Positions 37,544-47,569 are shown, counted from the stretch's first letter. The stretch is 64,000 nucleotides of DNA from Bacteroidales bacterium (GCA_025355465.1 JANXZO010000058.1:6164-70163), one strand, 5' to 3'. Notes: generated from the letters alone by a model not told the origin. Numbers and translations are program-made.

Positions 37544-38593
37544 TCAGATATGTACAGAAACTACCACACTCATTCCGGCGCGCATCACATCCTTGTATCT
37601 TCCGGCGTCGATGATCTCGACCCGGACCGGGATGCGCTGGGTCACCTTCACAAAATTTCCGGTCGCATTGTCGGGCGGCAGGAGCGAAAATTTGGCGCCG
37701 GTAGCTTCCGACAGAGAGACTACCTTGCCTTCTACCTTCAGTTTGGGATAGCCGTCGATTTTTATTTCGACCAGCTGGCCTACATAAATATTCTTTACCT
37801 GGTTCTCTTTGAAGTTGGCCACCACCCAGCGGTTTTGGCTGTTAACCACCGTAAAGAGCGGTGTTCCGGCCTGGATGAACTGCCCCTCGTCGATGTTTCG
37901 TTTTCCCAGCTTGCCGTCGGCAATGGCATAAACACGGCAGTAACTGAGCTTAAGTTTCTGCTGCTCGATGCGGGCCTTTTTGATGTCGGACTGCGCCAGT
38001 GCCTTGTTCACCAGCGAGCGCAGCACCTCCAGCCGGGTTTCGGCTACCCTTACATCGAGCTGGCTCGACGCCAGCTGCTGGGTGTTTACATCAAAGTTCG
38101 ACTGGCTGTCGTCCATCTGCTTTTTGGTGATCGCATTGCCTTCAAACAGCGCATTGTCACGCGTCAGATCGTTGGCCGATTTCGCCTGCCTGAGCCGGAT
38201 CACCTCCAGGCTGCCTTTGGCGGAAGCAAGGGATGCCTCTGCATTGGTGAGGGAGGCACGCGCATTGTCAATATCGGAAAGCGATTGCGTTAAATCTGCC
38301 TGCATCTCCTGCAGCTGAAGGCCCAGTTCAGTGCTGTCGATCACCATCAGCACCTGACCCTTCGTGACATCCGCATAATCGTCAACGTATATTTTATCAA
38401 CATAACCCGTCACCCGCGCCAGAATGGGAACGATCCGCATCTCCACCTGTGCATTGTCGGTCTCTTCGTGATGAATGGCATTCCATACATAGTTCACGAG
38501 ATAGATCAATCCGATCACGACAACCGCGCCGATGATGATTCTGGGCAAAATCTTCTTACCTGGTTTCAGTACTTTTCGGGATTCAGTCTCCAT
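37544..38593 (-). CDS. HlyD-family membrane fusion protein (EmrA-like)
   Basis: 349 aa with an N-terminal TM segment, a biotinyl-lipoyl-like segment (VTGYVDKIYVDDYADVTKGQVLMVID), a long coiled coil, and a beta-barrel end. Confidence 0.85.
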   Translation of the reverse strand: METESRKVLKPGKKILPRIIIGAVVVIGLIYLVNYVWNAIHHEETDNAQVEMRIVPILARVTGYVDKIYVDDYADVTKGQVLMVIDSTELGLQLQEMQADLTQSLSDIDNARASLTNAEASLASAKGSLEVIRLRQAKSANDLTRDNALFEGNAITKKQMDDSQSNFDVNTQQLASSQLDVRVAETRLEVLRSLVNKALAQSDIKKARIEQQKLKLSYCRVYAIADGKLGKRNIDEGQFIQAGTPLFTVVNSQNRWVVANFKENQVKNIYVGQLVEIKIDGYPKLKVEGKVVSLSEATGAKFSLLPPDNATGNFVKVTQRIPVRVEIIDAGRYKDVMRAGMSVVVSVHI

Positions 38594-38608
38594 GTAATTA
38601 GTTTTTTA

Positions 38609-38624
38609 TATTTTTGCAAAAGTA
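38609..38624. promoter_or_regulatory. Back-to-back divergent -7 boxes (TATTTTTG on plus, TACTTTTG on minus)
   Basis: tatttttgcaaaagta carries a plus-strand TAnnTTTG at 38609-38616 (marR side) and a minus-strand TAnnTTTG at 38617-38624, 24 nt upstream of the HlyD ATG at 38593. Confidence 0.5.
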
Positions 38625-38631
38625 AACGAAG

Positions 38632-38649
38632 TTGACGGTTTTTCGACAA
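38632..38649 (+). promoter_or_regulatory. Candidate MarR operator (imperfect palindrome, with an AGTTGAC direct repeat)
   Basis: ttgacggtttttcgacaa is an imperfect palindrome (half-sites TTGACGG and TCGACAA). agttgac recurs at 38655-38661, within the marR leader. Confidence 0.3.
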
Positions 38650-38682
38650 GTTAGTTGACCATTATTTTAACGATTTTTTGCA

Positions 38683-39150
38683 ATGATCTCAAAATCAGTC
38701 AGAAAAAAAATGATCGCCGGGCGAACTGCCAAGGAGGAGAGTTTCGGCCGTCAGATCTATTATCTCTATCGTTTCATGGTTGTGTGGAATGAGAACATGT
38801 GGCCGAAAATCGATGGTCTTCACCTTGGACCCAGCCATATCCATTTGCTCTTCACCATTGGGCTCGATGGTGTTTCGAACAGCGAGATGGCCCGTCGGGC
38901 GAAGGTTTCAAAGCAGGCCATGAGCAAACTGGTGCAGGAGATCCTGAAGTACGGGCTCATCGAAATAACCGTGAACGACCAGGACAGCCGGTGCAACATC
39001 ATCACCCTTACTGATAAGGGAGCCGGAGTGCTGGTAAAAATATGGGATGCAAACAAGAAGATGGCGGAAGCGTTTGAAAACCGCATCGGGAAGGTCAAAG
39101 CCAAACGGTTACTGACCCTGATGGCCGAACTGGTGGAGGCGCTGGAATAG
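38683..39150 (+). CDS. MarR-family transcriptional regulator
   Basis: 155 aa with a winged HTH (NSEMARRAKVSKQAMSKLVQEILKYGLIE..DQDSRCNIITLTDKG), divergent from the efflux operon. The start could be a downstream Met. Confidence 0.82.
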   Translation: MISKSVRKKMIAGRTAKEESFGRQIYYLYRFMVVWNENMWPKIDGLHLGPSHIHLLFTIGLDGVSNSEMARRAKVSKQAMSKLVQEILKYGLIEITVNDQDSRCNIITLTDKGAGVLVKIWDANKKMAEAFENRIGKVKAKRLLTLMAELVEALE

Positions 39151-39155
39151 CAGCC

Positions 39156-40427
39156 TTATGCTGCCGGCTTGTCGGGAAGGGTAAAATAGAATGTCGCCCC
39201 TTCGCCCACTTTGCCGTCAGCCCAGATCCTGCCGCCATGCCGTTCGAGGACCCTGCGCACCGTAGCCAGTCCGACGCCGATCCCCGGAAATTCCTGGTTG
39301 GTGTGAAGTCGCTCGAAAGGGTTGAACATCTTGTAACTTTTAGCCGGATCGAAACCGGCTCCGTTATCCTTTACAAAATAGACCGTTTCGCCTTTCTCCT
39401 CCTTTTTTCCTACAAAGATCACTGGAAAATCCGTTTTCCGGGTATATTTCCAGGCATTGCTCAGAAGGTTCTCCATCACAATCTCCATGAGACGATGATC
39501 GGCTGTTACCAATAAATTATCGGCTGCCTTGCATTCAATGGTACGGCCGTATTCACGCATCCTCAGATTCTCAAATATCTCTCTGGCTACCCGGGTCAGA
39601 TCGACCTGTTTCAGCTCCATCGGTGCATTTGCCGAACGGGAGAAATTAAGAAGGTCCTCCACGAGTTGTGCCATCGATTTGGTGGCGTCAAGTATGGTGG
39701 AAAGATACTCCTTCGCCGAATCATCCAGCGCCACTCCGTATTCGTCAATCAACAGGCGCACATATCCTCCGATGGTGTGCAGGGGGGAGCGCAGATCATG
39801 CGAAACGGTATGGGCAAACGCCTCCAGCTCGCGATTGGCCGACAGCAGTTCCTCATTTGAAGCTTCCAGTTGGGCCTGGGTGAGAATAAGCTCATCGTTG
39901 CGCTGAACGGCGGCTTCATATACCGACAGCAACAAATCGAGGATCTGTTTCTTGTCGGAATTGATCGAATATTTGTTCCCCTTGAAAATGACCTCGATGA
40001 GCATGTCGGCACCGCCCGCATGGCGCAACGCCCGGTTTGCGAGCAGGTACTGTATTCTCGAGAGAAGATACTGATCTTCGTAAGGTTTGGTGATAAAATT
40101 GTCGGCGCCCGCCTGCAACCCCCTGATAATGTCCAGTGGATCGCGCAGCGAAGTAAGCAAAATAAAAGGCACCTCCCGGAGCTCGCTGTCGCTTTTAAAC
40201 CGTGTGCAAAGCTCATACCCGTCCATCTCCGGCATCACAATATCACTGATAACAAGGAATGGCTTATTCTCAGCCGACACCTTGAGGGCATCGATACCGT
40301 TGATGCTTATGCGGACTTCAAAGCCATTCTCCTCCAATAAAAATTTCAGCTTCTTGGCCTGCACATTCGAATCTTCAACAACAAGCACGTAACCTGATCG
40401 CTGATTTAAATTGAAAAAATTACTCAT
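39156..40427 (-). CDS. Hybrid response-regulator receiver / histidine kinase (REC-HisKA-HATPase_c)
   Basis: 423 aa. REC domain: VLVVEDS, phospho-acceptor LVISDIVMPEMDG, and ITKP. H-box: FAHTVSHDLRSPLHTIGGY. ATPase boxes: LLSNAWKYT, DNGAGF, GIGVGL. It is the last gene of the che-like operon, 10 nt after cheB. Confidence 0.88.
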   Translation of the reverse strand: MSNFFNLNQRSGYVLVVEDSNVQAKKLKFLLEENGFEVRISINGIDALKVSAENKPFLVISDIVMPEMDGYELCTRFKSDSELREVPFILLTSLRDPLDIIRGLQAGADNFITKPYEDQYLLSRIQYLLANRALRHAGGADMLIEVIFKGNKYSINSDKKQILDLLLSVYEAAVQRNDELILTQAQLEASNEELLSANRELEAFAHTVSHDLRSPLHTIGGYVRLLIDEYGVALDDSAKEYLSTILDATKSMAQLVEDLLNFSRSANAPMELKQVDLTRVAREIFENLRMREYGRTIECKAADNLLVTADHRLMEIVMENLLSNAWKYTRKTDFPVIFVGKKEEKGETVYFVKDNGAGFDPAKSYKMFNPFERLHTNQEFPGIGVGLATVRRVLERHGGRIWADGKVGEGATFYFTLPDKPAA

Positions 40428-40437
40428 GGTGGTTAGA

Positions 40438-41505
40438 TTAAGTATGAAGGTAGTTAAGTAATGTTTCTGCTATTTTTCCTGAAGGCAGGAGGTGACAAAC
40501 CGCCCCGATCCGACAGGCTTCGCCGGGCATTCCAAACACAAGCGACGACTTCTCGTCCTGTGCAATGGTGATGCTTCCTGCATCTTTCATCGATTTGAGC
40601 TCCACGGCTCCATCACGGCCCATGCCCGACAGCAGGATGCCCAGTGCATTCCGTCCATACACCTGCCGTACCGAACGGAAGAGAAATGAAACCGAAGGTC
40701 TGAGCCCCCCTTCCGGGGGTTCCTGGGTAACCCGTATCCGCTTATCCCTCCCAACCGAAAGGTGATGATTGCCCGGCGCCATGTGAATTCTGCCGGCAAC
40801 AGGGGTATCTCCGTTATTGGAAATGCTGACCGGTATTCCGGTGCGGCTGGTCAGCCATTCGGCAAAACCACTGGCGAAACCTGCATCGATGTGCTGAACC
40901 AGCAATACAGGTACCGGCAATCGTCCATCCATCCGGCGGAACAACTCCACCAACGCCTCCGGCCCTCCGGCCGATGCGCCAATGGCGATCATGGTGACCG
41001 GCTGATGCGGCAGCAACAACGGCACGCCAATGCATGGAACGGGAGGTGCAGCAACAGCTCCTGCCCCATCCACCCGAAGGTGGGTTCGCCTCACCACACG
41101 AACCTCCGACATGGCCTTGATGGTAGAACAAAATTTCTTTACCGATTTTTCAAAATCCGGAGAACCCGGACCCGGAGGCTTTGGCAGAATGGCCACGGCA
41201 CCCGCCTCCAACGCCCGGAACGACTGGGCCGTTTCGGAGGAGGAATAATTTCCGCTGACAATCACGATGGGGATGGCATACTGTTTCAACACGGCGGCGG
41301 TTGTTTCAAAACCATCCATGCCGGGCATGTTGATATCCATCGTGATCACGTCGGGAATATGGTGTTTGAGGAAATTCAGCCCGGTGTTACCATCCGGGGC
41401 GGTGCCGATAACTTCGATGCCCGGATCGGTACCGAAGATCATCCCCAGGAGGTTCCTCGCCACAAAGCTGTCATCCACGACCAGTACCGTGACCTTTTTT
41501 TCCAT
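40438..41505 (-). CDS. cheB: Protein-glutamate methylesterase CheB (REC + methylesterase)
   Basis: 355 aa with a REC domain (VLVVDDS..DVITMDINMPGMDG) and a catalytic domain (IAIGASAGGPEAL, VQHI, LSGMGRDG). Confidence 0.9.
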   Translation of the reverse strand: MEKKVTVLVVDDSFVARNLLGMIFGTDPGIEVIGTAPDGNTGLNFLKHHIPDVITMDINMPGMDGFETTAAVLKQYAIPIVIVSGNYSSSETAQSFRALEAGAVAILPKPPGPGSPDFEKSVKKFCSTIKAMSEVRVVRRTHLRVDGAGAVAAPPVPCIGVPLLLPHQPVTMIAIGASAGGPEALVELFRRMDGRLPVPVLLVQHIDAGFASGFAEWLTSRTGIPVSISNNGDTPVAGRIHMAPGNHHLSVGRDKRIRVTQEPPEGGLRPSVSFLFRSVRQVYGRNALGILLSGMGRDGAVELKSMKDAGSITIAQDEKSSLVFGMPGEACRIGAVCHLLPSGKIAETLLNYLHT

Positions 41506-41517
41506 CTTTTGCCGTTC

Positions 41518-43722
41518 TCAGATCAACCGCCCTATCACTTCAAGGAGGTTGCTCTGTTCGAAATTACTCTTTACAATGTAGGCATTCGCACCGCAATCCA
41601 TCCCGCGCTGTCGGTCGCCGACCGATTCGAGGGCCGTGACCAGGATCACCGGCAGATCGCTGAAACAACTGTCTTCCCGTATCTTCGTTATGAGTTCAAA
41701 TCCGTTCATGTTCGGCATCTCCACATCGGATACCACCAGGTCGAACTCCCCGTTTTTCAGATGCATGAACGCTTCCAGTCCGTCGACGGCTGTCTTTACT
41801 ATAAATCCCGACGATTCGAGGATGTTCCTGAGCAGCGACCGGGCTGTTATCGAGTCTTCTGCAACCAGGATGTGCCGCTGCCTTTCACCGGCTTCCGGAT
41901 CATCTTTCACAGCATCGCCGGAAGAGATCGTCTCCCGTTTTCCGAAACCGGTCTCCAGCAGGTCGGGAACATTCAGTATGGGAACAACCCTTCCGTTTCC
42001 GAGAATGGTGGCCCCGGTGATGCTTCTGGCGTTTTTGAGCACGCCGCCCGGGTTTTTCACAATACCCTCCTCCTCCTCCAGTATCTCGTCCACCAGGAAG
42101 GCGATCCGGTGAGCGCCTGAGGCGAGGATGAGCGCGTGGTCAAGCCCTCCGGCGGATTTTCCCTGGCGCCTGACGGGGATATCCAGCAACTGTCCGAGGT
42201 GTTTCACCGGAACCGGCACTCCCGCAACCATGATCACCTTCTGGTCCTCGATGCTGGTCAGCGCCTCTTTGTCAATGCGGATGGCCTTTTCGATGAAGTT
42301 ATCCGGGACGAGGAAAAAATGGTCGCTGAGGCGAATGAGAATACCACGGAAAGTTGCCAGTTTCAGTGGCAGCCTGATAAAAAAAACGGTCCCATTTCCC
42401 GGCTCCGATTCAATGGTAAGGTCTCCTCCGAGCAGGTTCACCTTCTCCGCCACAATGGCCAGCCCGAGTCCACGCCCCGACAAATCGGTAATAAACCGGC
42501 TGGTGGAGATGCCCGACAGCAAAGCCAGGTTAAATACCTCCCTGTCGCTGAGGGCTTCCCCCTTTTCGCGGGTCATGAATCCATTCTGCAAGGCAGCTTC
42601 AAGTATGTTTTTCCGGTTCATCCCGGCGCCATCGTCGCGGATCTCGATTTCGATGTAACGATCCATTTTAGTCACCGAAACCAGCAGTGTGCCGGTGGAA
42701 GGCTTGCCATTTTTCAACCGTGTTGCCGGCAGTTCAATGCCGTGGTCGATACAGTTTCTCACCAGATGGATAAACGGATCTTTCACCTCCTCCAGCACCC
42801 GGCGGTCGATCTCGGTTTCGCCACCCGCAATGGTAAGACTTACCTGTTTTCCCTGGTCATGGCTGAGATCGCGTACCATCTTCGGCAGCAGATCCAGCAC
42901 AGACGAAAAGGGAAAAAGAAGCGTACCCCGGATGGAGGCGAGAAGATCATCGATCATCCGGGTGGAGTTCCGCTTCAGCAGGTCGAGATTGGCTGAGAGT
43001 TCCTCAAGTTTTTTCACGGTACTGTTAACCTCTTCGCTGCCGGCAATGGTGGCTTTCCCTTTTAACTCCCTGCGGATCTGTCTGACCAGCTTAACATTGT
43101 ATGCCAACTCACTCTTTACCGGCACAAACTCTTCGGTCCGCAACAGGAGATCGGCCAGCTTTTCGACCGAAACACGCACGGTTTCACGGGTTCCCGGGAT
43201 GGATAAACCCACTTCTGCCGGCTTGTGACCAGATTCGGGCTGATGTGCTGCAGGATCAGCGGAGGCCTCCGCTGCAGCCTGCTCCGCTGCCGGTTTTGTG
43301 TTACCTGTGTCGTGGCTCCGGATCGATTGCAGCGCCCCGATGATTTTGACAGTCTGCTCACCGCGAACGGACCTGTTGCCGGTTTTAACATCCGAAAGCA
43401 TGCTGTTAAGCACATCCATGGCCTGGTGAACAGTATCGAAAAACAGCGGGGTGGTTTCGATGGTTTGCTCCTTCAGCCGCGAAAACACTGACTCCAGCGA
43501 CTGGCAAACCCGTTCAACCTCCACAAGACTCACCGCCCTGGCAGCGCCTTTGAGGCTGTGCATCTCGCGGTAAGCCTGCTCGATCGACTTTTTGAACACC
43601 GCCTCCGGGGGATCCTTCTCCAGCCCGATGATGCAGTTTACGATGGCCACGTAATGCTCCTCCGCCTCAACCTGGAAGTCGTTGAGAAGTTCTCTCAGAA
43701 ACTTTTCCTGCTTCTTGTCCAT
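41518..43722 (-). CDS. cheA: Chemotaxis histidine kinase CheA with C-terminal receiver (Hpt-dimerisation-HATPase-CheW-REC)
   Basis: 734 aa. Hpt: MHSLKGAARAV. ATPase: HLVRNCIDHGIE, RDDGAGM, GRGLGL. It also has a CheW-like domain and a C-terminal REC (ILVAEDS..DLVVSDVEMPNMNG). Confidence 0.9.
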   Translation of the reverse strand: MDKKQEKFLRELLNDFQVEAEEHYVAIVNCIIGLEKDPPEAVFKKSIEQAYREMHSLKGAARAVSLVEVERVCQSLESVFSRLKEQTIETTPLFFDTVHQAMDVLNSMLSDVKTGNRSVRGEQTVKIIGALQSIRSHDTGNTKPAAEQAAAEASADPAAHQPESGHKPAEVGLSIPGTRETVRVSVEKLADLLLRTEEFVPVKSELAYNVKLVRQIRRELKGKATIAGSEEVNSTVKKLEELSANLDLLKRNSTRMIDDLLASIRGTLLFPFSSVLDLLPKMVRDLSHDQGKQVSLTIAGGETEIDRRVLEEVKDPFIHLVRNCIDHGIELPATRLKNGKPSTGTLLVSVTKMDRYIEIEIRDDGAGMNRKNILEAALQNGFMTREKGEALSDREVFNLALLSGISTSRFITDLSGRGLGLAIVAEKVNLLGGDLTIESEPGNGTVFFIRLPLKLATFRGILIRLSDHFFLVPDNFIEKAIRIDKEALTSIEDQKVIMVAGVPVPVKHLGQLLDIPVRRQGKSAGGLDHALILASGAHRIAFLVDEILEEEEGIVKNPGGVLKNARSITGATILGNGRVVPILNVPDLLETGFGKRETISSGDAVKDDPEAGERQRHILVAEDSITARSLLRNILESSGFIVKTAVDGLEAFMHLKNGEFDLVVSDVEMPNMNGFELITKIREDSCFSDLPVILVTALESVGDRQRGMDCGANAYIVKSNFEQSNLLEVIGRLI

Positions 43723-43736
43723 GGTTTACAGCCCTT

Positions 43737-45227
43737 TCAGGCGTTGAATTTTCCGGCCATGGCCTTAAGGTTTTTGCCCAGGTCGTTCAGGTTGTTGGCG
43801 GCTACCTGCGTTTGTTTTGTTCCGATCACGTTCTGTTCGCTGGCCTGGCGTATGTTCTCCATGGCAGGTACAATCTGGTTCATGCCGGCCATCTGCTGCT
43901 GGCTCGACGAGGATATCTGCATGGCCGACTGTGCTGCATCGCTTACCGACTCGGCCAGCAGGTCAATAACATCGCCGCTTTTCTCGGCCAGCTTCTTTCC
44001 CGACTCCACCGCCTTCATCCCCTGTTCGGTAGCCATTACTGCCTGGTTCACCGATTTCTGGATTTCATTCAGGATCTCCCTTACCTGCGTTGTAGCCTGT
44101 TTCGATTGTTCCGCCAGACTCCTGATCTCCTGTGCCACGATGGTGAAGCCGCGTCCCTGGTCGCCGGCTTTGGCAGCCTCGATGGCCGCGTTTACGGCCA
44201 GCAGGTTCGACTGATCGGCAAGGTCGTTCACCGTGGCAGTGATCTCACCGATGGAGCGGCTTTGTTCACTTAACCGGATCACTGAATTCGACACGAGGTT
44301 CATCTGCTGGTCGATGCGGTTCATCCCTTCGATGGTCTCCTCTACCGCCTTTTTACCGTCGCCCGACACCTGGGTTGCCTTTTGTGCACTTTCAAGTACC
44401 GAGCCGGCTTTTTGGCTCGATAGCTGCGCGGTCTGCCTCACCTCCTCGATGGTTGTGGTGGTTTCTGCCACCGCTGTGGCCGTCTCGGTAGCGCCTGTTG
44501 ACACCTCGGTGGCCGTGGTAAGGATTTCGGCAGCAGAGGTGCTTAACACGGCAATGCCTTCATTGATTTCCGAAGTGATGGTGCGGATCATCCGGATCAT
44601 GGATGCAACCATGAGGAAGCACAAGGCAATGGCGGCGAAACCCAGAATGATGACCAGCCATTGGTTTCGGTTAGCAACCTTAGCCGAATGAGCCATCAGG
44701 CTGGCCGTTGTGATGTTCTCCCCCTTGTCGAGGTCGCTCAGATGCGTTAGAATGGTATTGTAAAGCGTGGAATGACTGCCGCCTGAGAATGCGATGGCCT
44801 CTGCACGCTTTCCCTCTTTGATGAGCCTGAATATCTTATTCCTGTTTTCTCGGTATTCGCTGAGTTTCTGCTTCACCTCGGCAAGTTTGGCAGCTTTTGC
44901 CGGATCTGCACTAAAATAGCGCGTAATCCTGGCGATGAGGGTATCGTTTTCGGGGCCCTGGTTCACGATCTCCTTTTGCAGTGCCTCGTGTTCTGCCAGG
45001 TCGTCAGAAAGAAGGATATTATATACCAGGGCATGATTTCGGTTCCGGTTGGCCCTTAATTCCGAGAGGTAGTGGTTGACCTGAAAAGTAGCAGCCAGGT
45101 TTTTCTGTGCCTGGCTCATCTCCGACATGCTGTAATAGGAAACCAGGATGACAACCAGGAATAACAGGATGATGATGGCGGCGCCTGTGTAAAGTTTGAA
45201 CCTGAAGCTGAAACGGGATGATGTCAT
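43737..45227 (-). CDS. Methyl-accepting chemotaxis protein, 2-TM with a periplasmic four-helix-bundle-like sensor
   Basis: 496 aa. TM1 is [14 protein letters not shown] and TM2 is [19 protein letters not shown]. The signalling hairpin reads [36 protein letters not shown]. Confidence 0.9.
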   Translation of the reverse strand: MTSSRFSFRFKLYTGAAIIILLFLVVILVSYYSMSEMSQAQKNLAATFQVNHYLSELRANRNRNHALVYNILLSDDLAEHEALQKEIVNQGPENDTLIARITRYFSADPAKAAKLAEVKQKLSEYRENRNKIFRLIKEGKRAEAIAFSGGSHSTLYNTILTHLSDLDKGENITTASLMAHSAKVANRNQWLVIILGFAAIALCFLMVASMIRMIRTITSEINEGIAVLSTSAAEILTTATEVSTGATETATAVAETTTTIEEVRQTAQLSSQKAGSVLESAQKATQVSGDGKKAVEETIEGMNRIDQQMNLVSNSVIRLSEQSRSIGEITATVNDLADQSNLLAVNAAIEAAKAGDQGRGFTIVAQEIRSLAEQSKQATTQVREILNEIQKSVNQAVMATEQGMKAVESGKKLAEKSGDVIDLLAESVSDAAQSAMQISSSSQQQMAGMNQIVPAMENIRQASEQNVIGTKQTQVAANNLNDLGKNLKAMAGKFNA

Positions 45228-45251
45228 AATTTTTCCTCCTTTTTACAATTA

Positions 45252-45782
45252 TTATTTGGAAACCATTTTTTCAAAATTCAACAACTTTTCTCCATCCAGC
45301 AGCATCAGTCCGGTGGATGTAATTCCCCTGATAAACTCTGTACCAGGCAGTTGTAGCGTGACTGGCAATGGCATAAATCCGGAAAGCGGTTGCACGGAGT
45401 TGCCAGCGATTCCATCGGTAAGAACCCCCAGGATGTTACCGGAGGCATGCAGGATGATGATCTTTGTTTCGGCGGTAAGACCCTTGTCGGGCATGCTGAA
45501 GAGGCGTTTCAGGTCGGCCACCGGGAAGAGCTGACCCCGCAGGTTCGAAATTCCGACAATGCAGGAGGGTGCCCCGGGAACCTTGGCCAGCTCTGTCAGC
45601 AGGGCGGTCTCCAGAAGGTAGGCAATTTCAATGCAGTAAAGTTCGGCGGCAAGCCTGAAACTTACCACACGGATCTGCTCCCCTGCTTCAGCCGGCGATA
45701 TTACAGCTGCCCTGGCAAGATCGCGGGCACGTCTTTCCAGAATTGCATCCGCCTGTGCTGTGCTCATAACCAGTTCATCCAT
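45252..45782 (-). CDS. cheW: CheW-like coupling protein
   Basis: 176 aa, CheW fold (VVSFRLAAELYCIEIAYLLE..IVGISNLRGQLFPVADLK). Confidence 0.85.
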   Translation of the reverse strand: MDELVMSTAQADAILERRARDLARAAVISPAEAGEQIRVVSFRLAAELYCIEIAYLLETALLTELAKVPGAPSCIVGISNLRGQLFPVADLKRLFSMPDKGLTAETKIIILHASGNILGVLTDGIAGNSVQPLSGFMPLPVTLQLPGTEFIRGITSTGLMLLDGEKLLNFEKMVSK

Positions 45783-45818
45783 GTTGTTCGCGAGATGTTT
45801 TCATTGGTGAACCCTGAA

Positions 45819-47108
45819 TTATTTCATCGAATTTACAATTTCTTTTAATCTTCCGGCAGTCATTCCCTCCGATCCCGGAATTATTTCTTCATCCTTATAT
45901 ACCGCCAGCAACTCTTTTACATTCCGGTAATGCCTTTTCGATTTTGTCTCCTTGCCCAGCATGGCGGCAATTCTGCCCATCAGAAAATGTGAAAGCAAAT
46001 GCGACGGGTCGAGGTACAAGGCTTTCTGCAAGGCCTGTTCCGCCGCTTCCGGAAGGTTGTTCTCGTGGGCCATGGCTGCCTGGGTATAAAAGGAGGCGGC
46101 ATTGATGGGCTCGCTGATGGGCGGCGCATCTTTCACAGCCGGTTTTGCAGGTTGCCGCCTGATGACTTCCGGTCCGGAGGATGAGGGCTTCAACGGTTTT
46201 TTCCGGGGGACCGGCAATGGCGGAACGGTATGGAATTCGGTTGGCCGTTGCGGTGGTGCCGGCAACCCTTTCCGGTAGAGGGTGAGTCCGTCGATGACCA
46301 CCGGGGTGAAAAGGCCGAAAACCGGCTGGGAGACCTCCACCGGACTGGTAATTATCCACCCGTTATCCGCCAGGGATCTGTGAAATCGCCCGGCAACACC
46401 GGCGGCTATTTCTGTGGAAAAGTACATCAGCACATTCCGGCAGAATATGACATCCTGTCGGCTGAGCGAACTGGCAGTTACAGGGTCCGCGTCCATCACC
46501 AGGTTCAGCGGCAGGAAGGTCACCATTTTCCGGATCGCGGGACTAATTTCAAAATTATTGCCCCGTTTGGTGAAATAGCGCGCTGTCTGTTCTTTTGTGT
46601 TGTCTCTGAGCGACCAGGAGGTATAGATTCCCCGTTTTGCCTTTTCGAGGAACAGCAGATTCAGATCGGTGGCCATGATCCGGATGTTCCAGGCACCGGG
46701 GTCGGGCAGGAGTTCGGTAAGGATCATCGCGATGGTGTAGGGCTCCTCCCCGCTGCAGCAACCTGCACTCCAGATGCGAAGCGTTCTGTCGCCGGAACTT
46801 CGTTCATCCAGCAACGGCTTGAGAATATGGTCGCGGAACACATTCAGGGTCGGCATGTCGCGGAAAAAGAAAGTCTCCCCGGTGGTAAGGTTCGAAATCA
46901 GCGTTTCACTTTGGGCGGCAGTCATCTCCTGCCGTTCGATCAAACGGACGAGTTCACACAAGTCGCAGGGAAGTCCAAGCTCCTTTGCTGTGTTAAGCAG
47001 CGCCTTTTGCAGGTTTCCCAGGTTCGCCCCGGTGAAGAAGATCCCGTATCTTGCGGCAATGAGCTCTCCGGCCCGCGCTGTTGCATTATGCAGTGAATTT
47101 TCTGTCAT
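45819..47108 (-). CDS. cheR: CheR-type protein-glutamate O-methyltransferase with C-terminal TPR region
   Basis: 429 aa with TGETFFFRD and the SAM motif LRIWSAGCCSGEEPYT. A Pro-rich linker is followed by a TPR-like tail (AEQALQKALYLDPSHLLSHFLMGRI). Confidence 0.9.
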   Translation of the reverse strand: MTENSLHNATARAGELIAARYGIFFTGANLGNLQKALLNTAKELGLPCDLCELVRLIERQEMTAAQSETLISNLTTGETFFFRDMPTLNVFRDHILKPLLDERSSGDRTLRIWSAGCCSGEEPYTIAMILTELLPDPGAWNIRIMATDLNLLFLEKAKRGIYTSWSLRDNTKEQTARYFTKRGNNFEISPAIRKMVTFLPLNLVMDADPVTASSLSRQDVIFCRNVLMYFSTEIAAGVAGRFHRSLADNGWIITSPVEVSQPVFGLFTPVVIDGLTLYRKGLPAPPQRPTEFHTVPPLPVPRKKPLKPSSSGPEVIRRQPAKPAVKDAPPISEPINAASFYTQAAMAHENNLPEAAEQALQKALYLDPSHLLSHFLMGRIAAMLGKETKSKRHYRNVKELLAVYKDEEIIPGSEGMTAGRLKEIVNSMK

Positions 47109-47569
47109 CCTGCCTTCGGCGGGTTAAAAATGGCAGCCAGCGCATGGGCGTCGTACAGCGGAAAAAACTTTTCGAGGTCGTAAATGAGCACCAGTCCGTC
47201 ATTCCGTTTAAGAACTCCGTCTGCCTCAATACCGGCAACAAGTTCTTCAGACCGGGTAAAATCATCCATGCGGAACCGGTCAATTTCCGACACCTCGTCG
47301 GCAACGAAGGCAAACCTTTGCTTCGGGAGGCTGATGATGACAAAACGGTCGTCTGGCACAACCTGTTTAAGCGGCAGACCAAGCCGCGCCCGGAGGTTGA
47401 TCACCGGGACTATTTCACCATGGATATTGATAACCCCATGAACAATCGCAGGGGCATTGGGCACCGTGGTTACCTTCACCGCCCGGATGACCCGCTCAAC
47501 CGGCGCCAGGGCGATGGCCAGCATGAGGTGGGCGCAGTTGAAGATCAAAAGATGATCGTTGGCTAGCAT
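47105..47569 (-). CDS. cheW: CheW-like coupling protein (first gene of the operon)
   Basis: 154 aa with VHGVINIHGEIVPVINLR. Its stop overlaps the cheR start by 4 nt. Confidence 0.85.
   Translation of the reverse strand: MLANDHLLIFNCAHLMLAIALAPVERVIRAVKVTTVPNAPAIVHGVINIHGEIVPVINLRARLGLPLKQVVPDDRFVIISLPKQRFAFVADEVSEIDRFRMDDFTRSEELVAGIEADGVLKRNDGLVLIYDLEKFFPLYDAHALAAIFNPPKAG

Noticed and set aside
39148-39165. A short hairpin (GCAGC-cttat-GCTGC) spanning the convergent marR and REC-HK stop codons, considered as a bidirectional terminator.
   Set aside because: The stem is only 5 bp, with no flanking T or A tracts. That is too weak to call.
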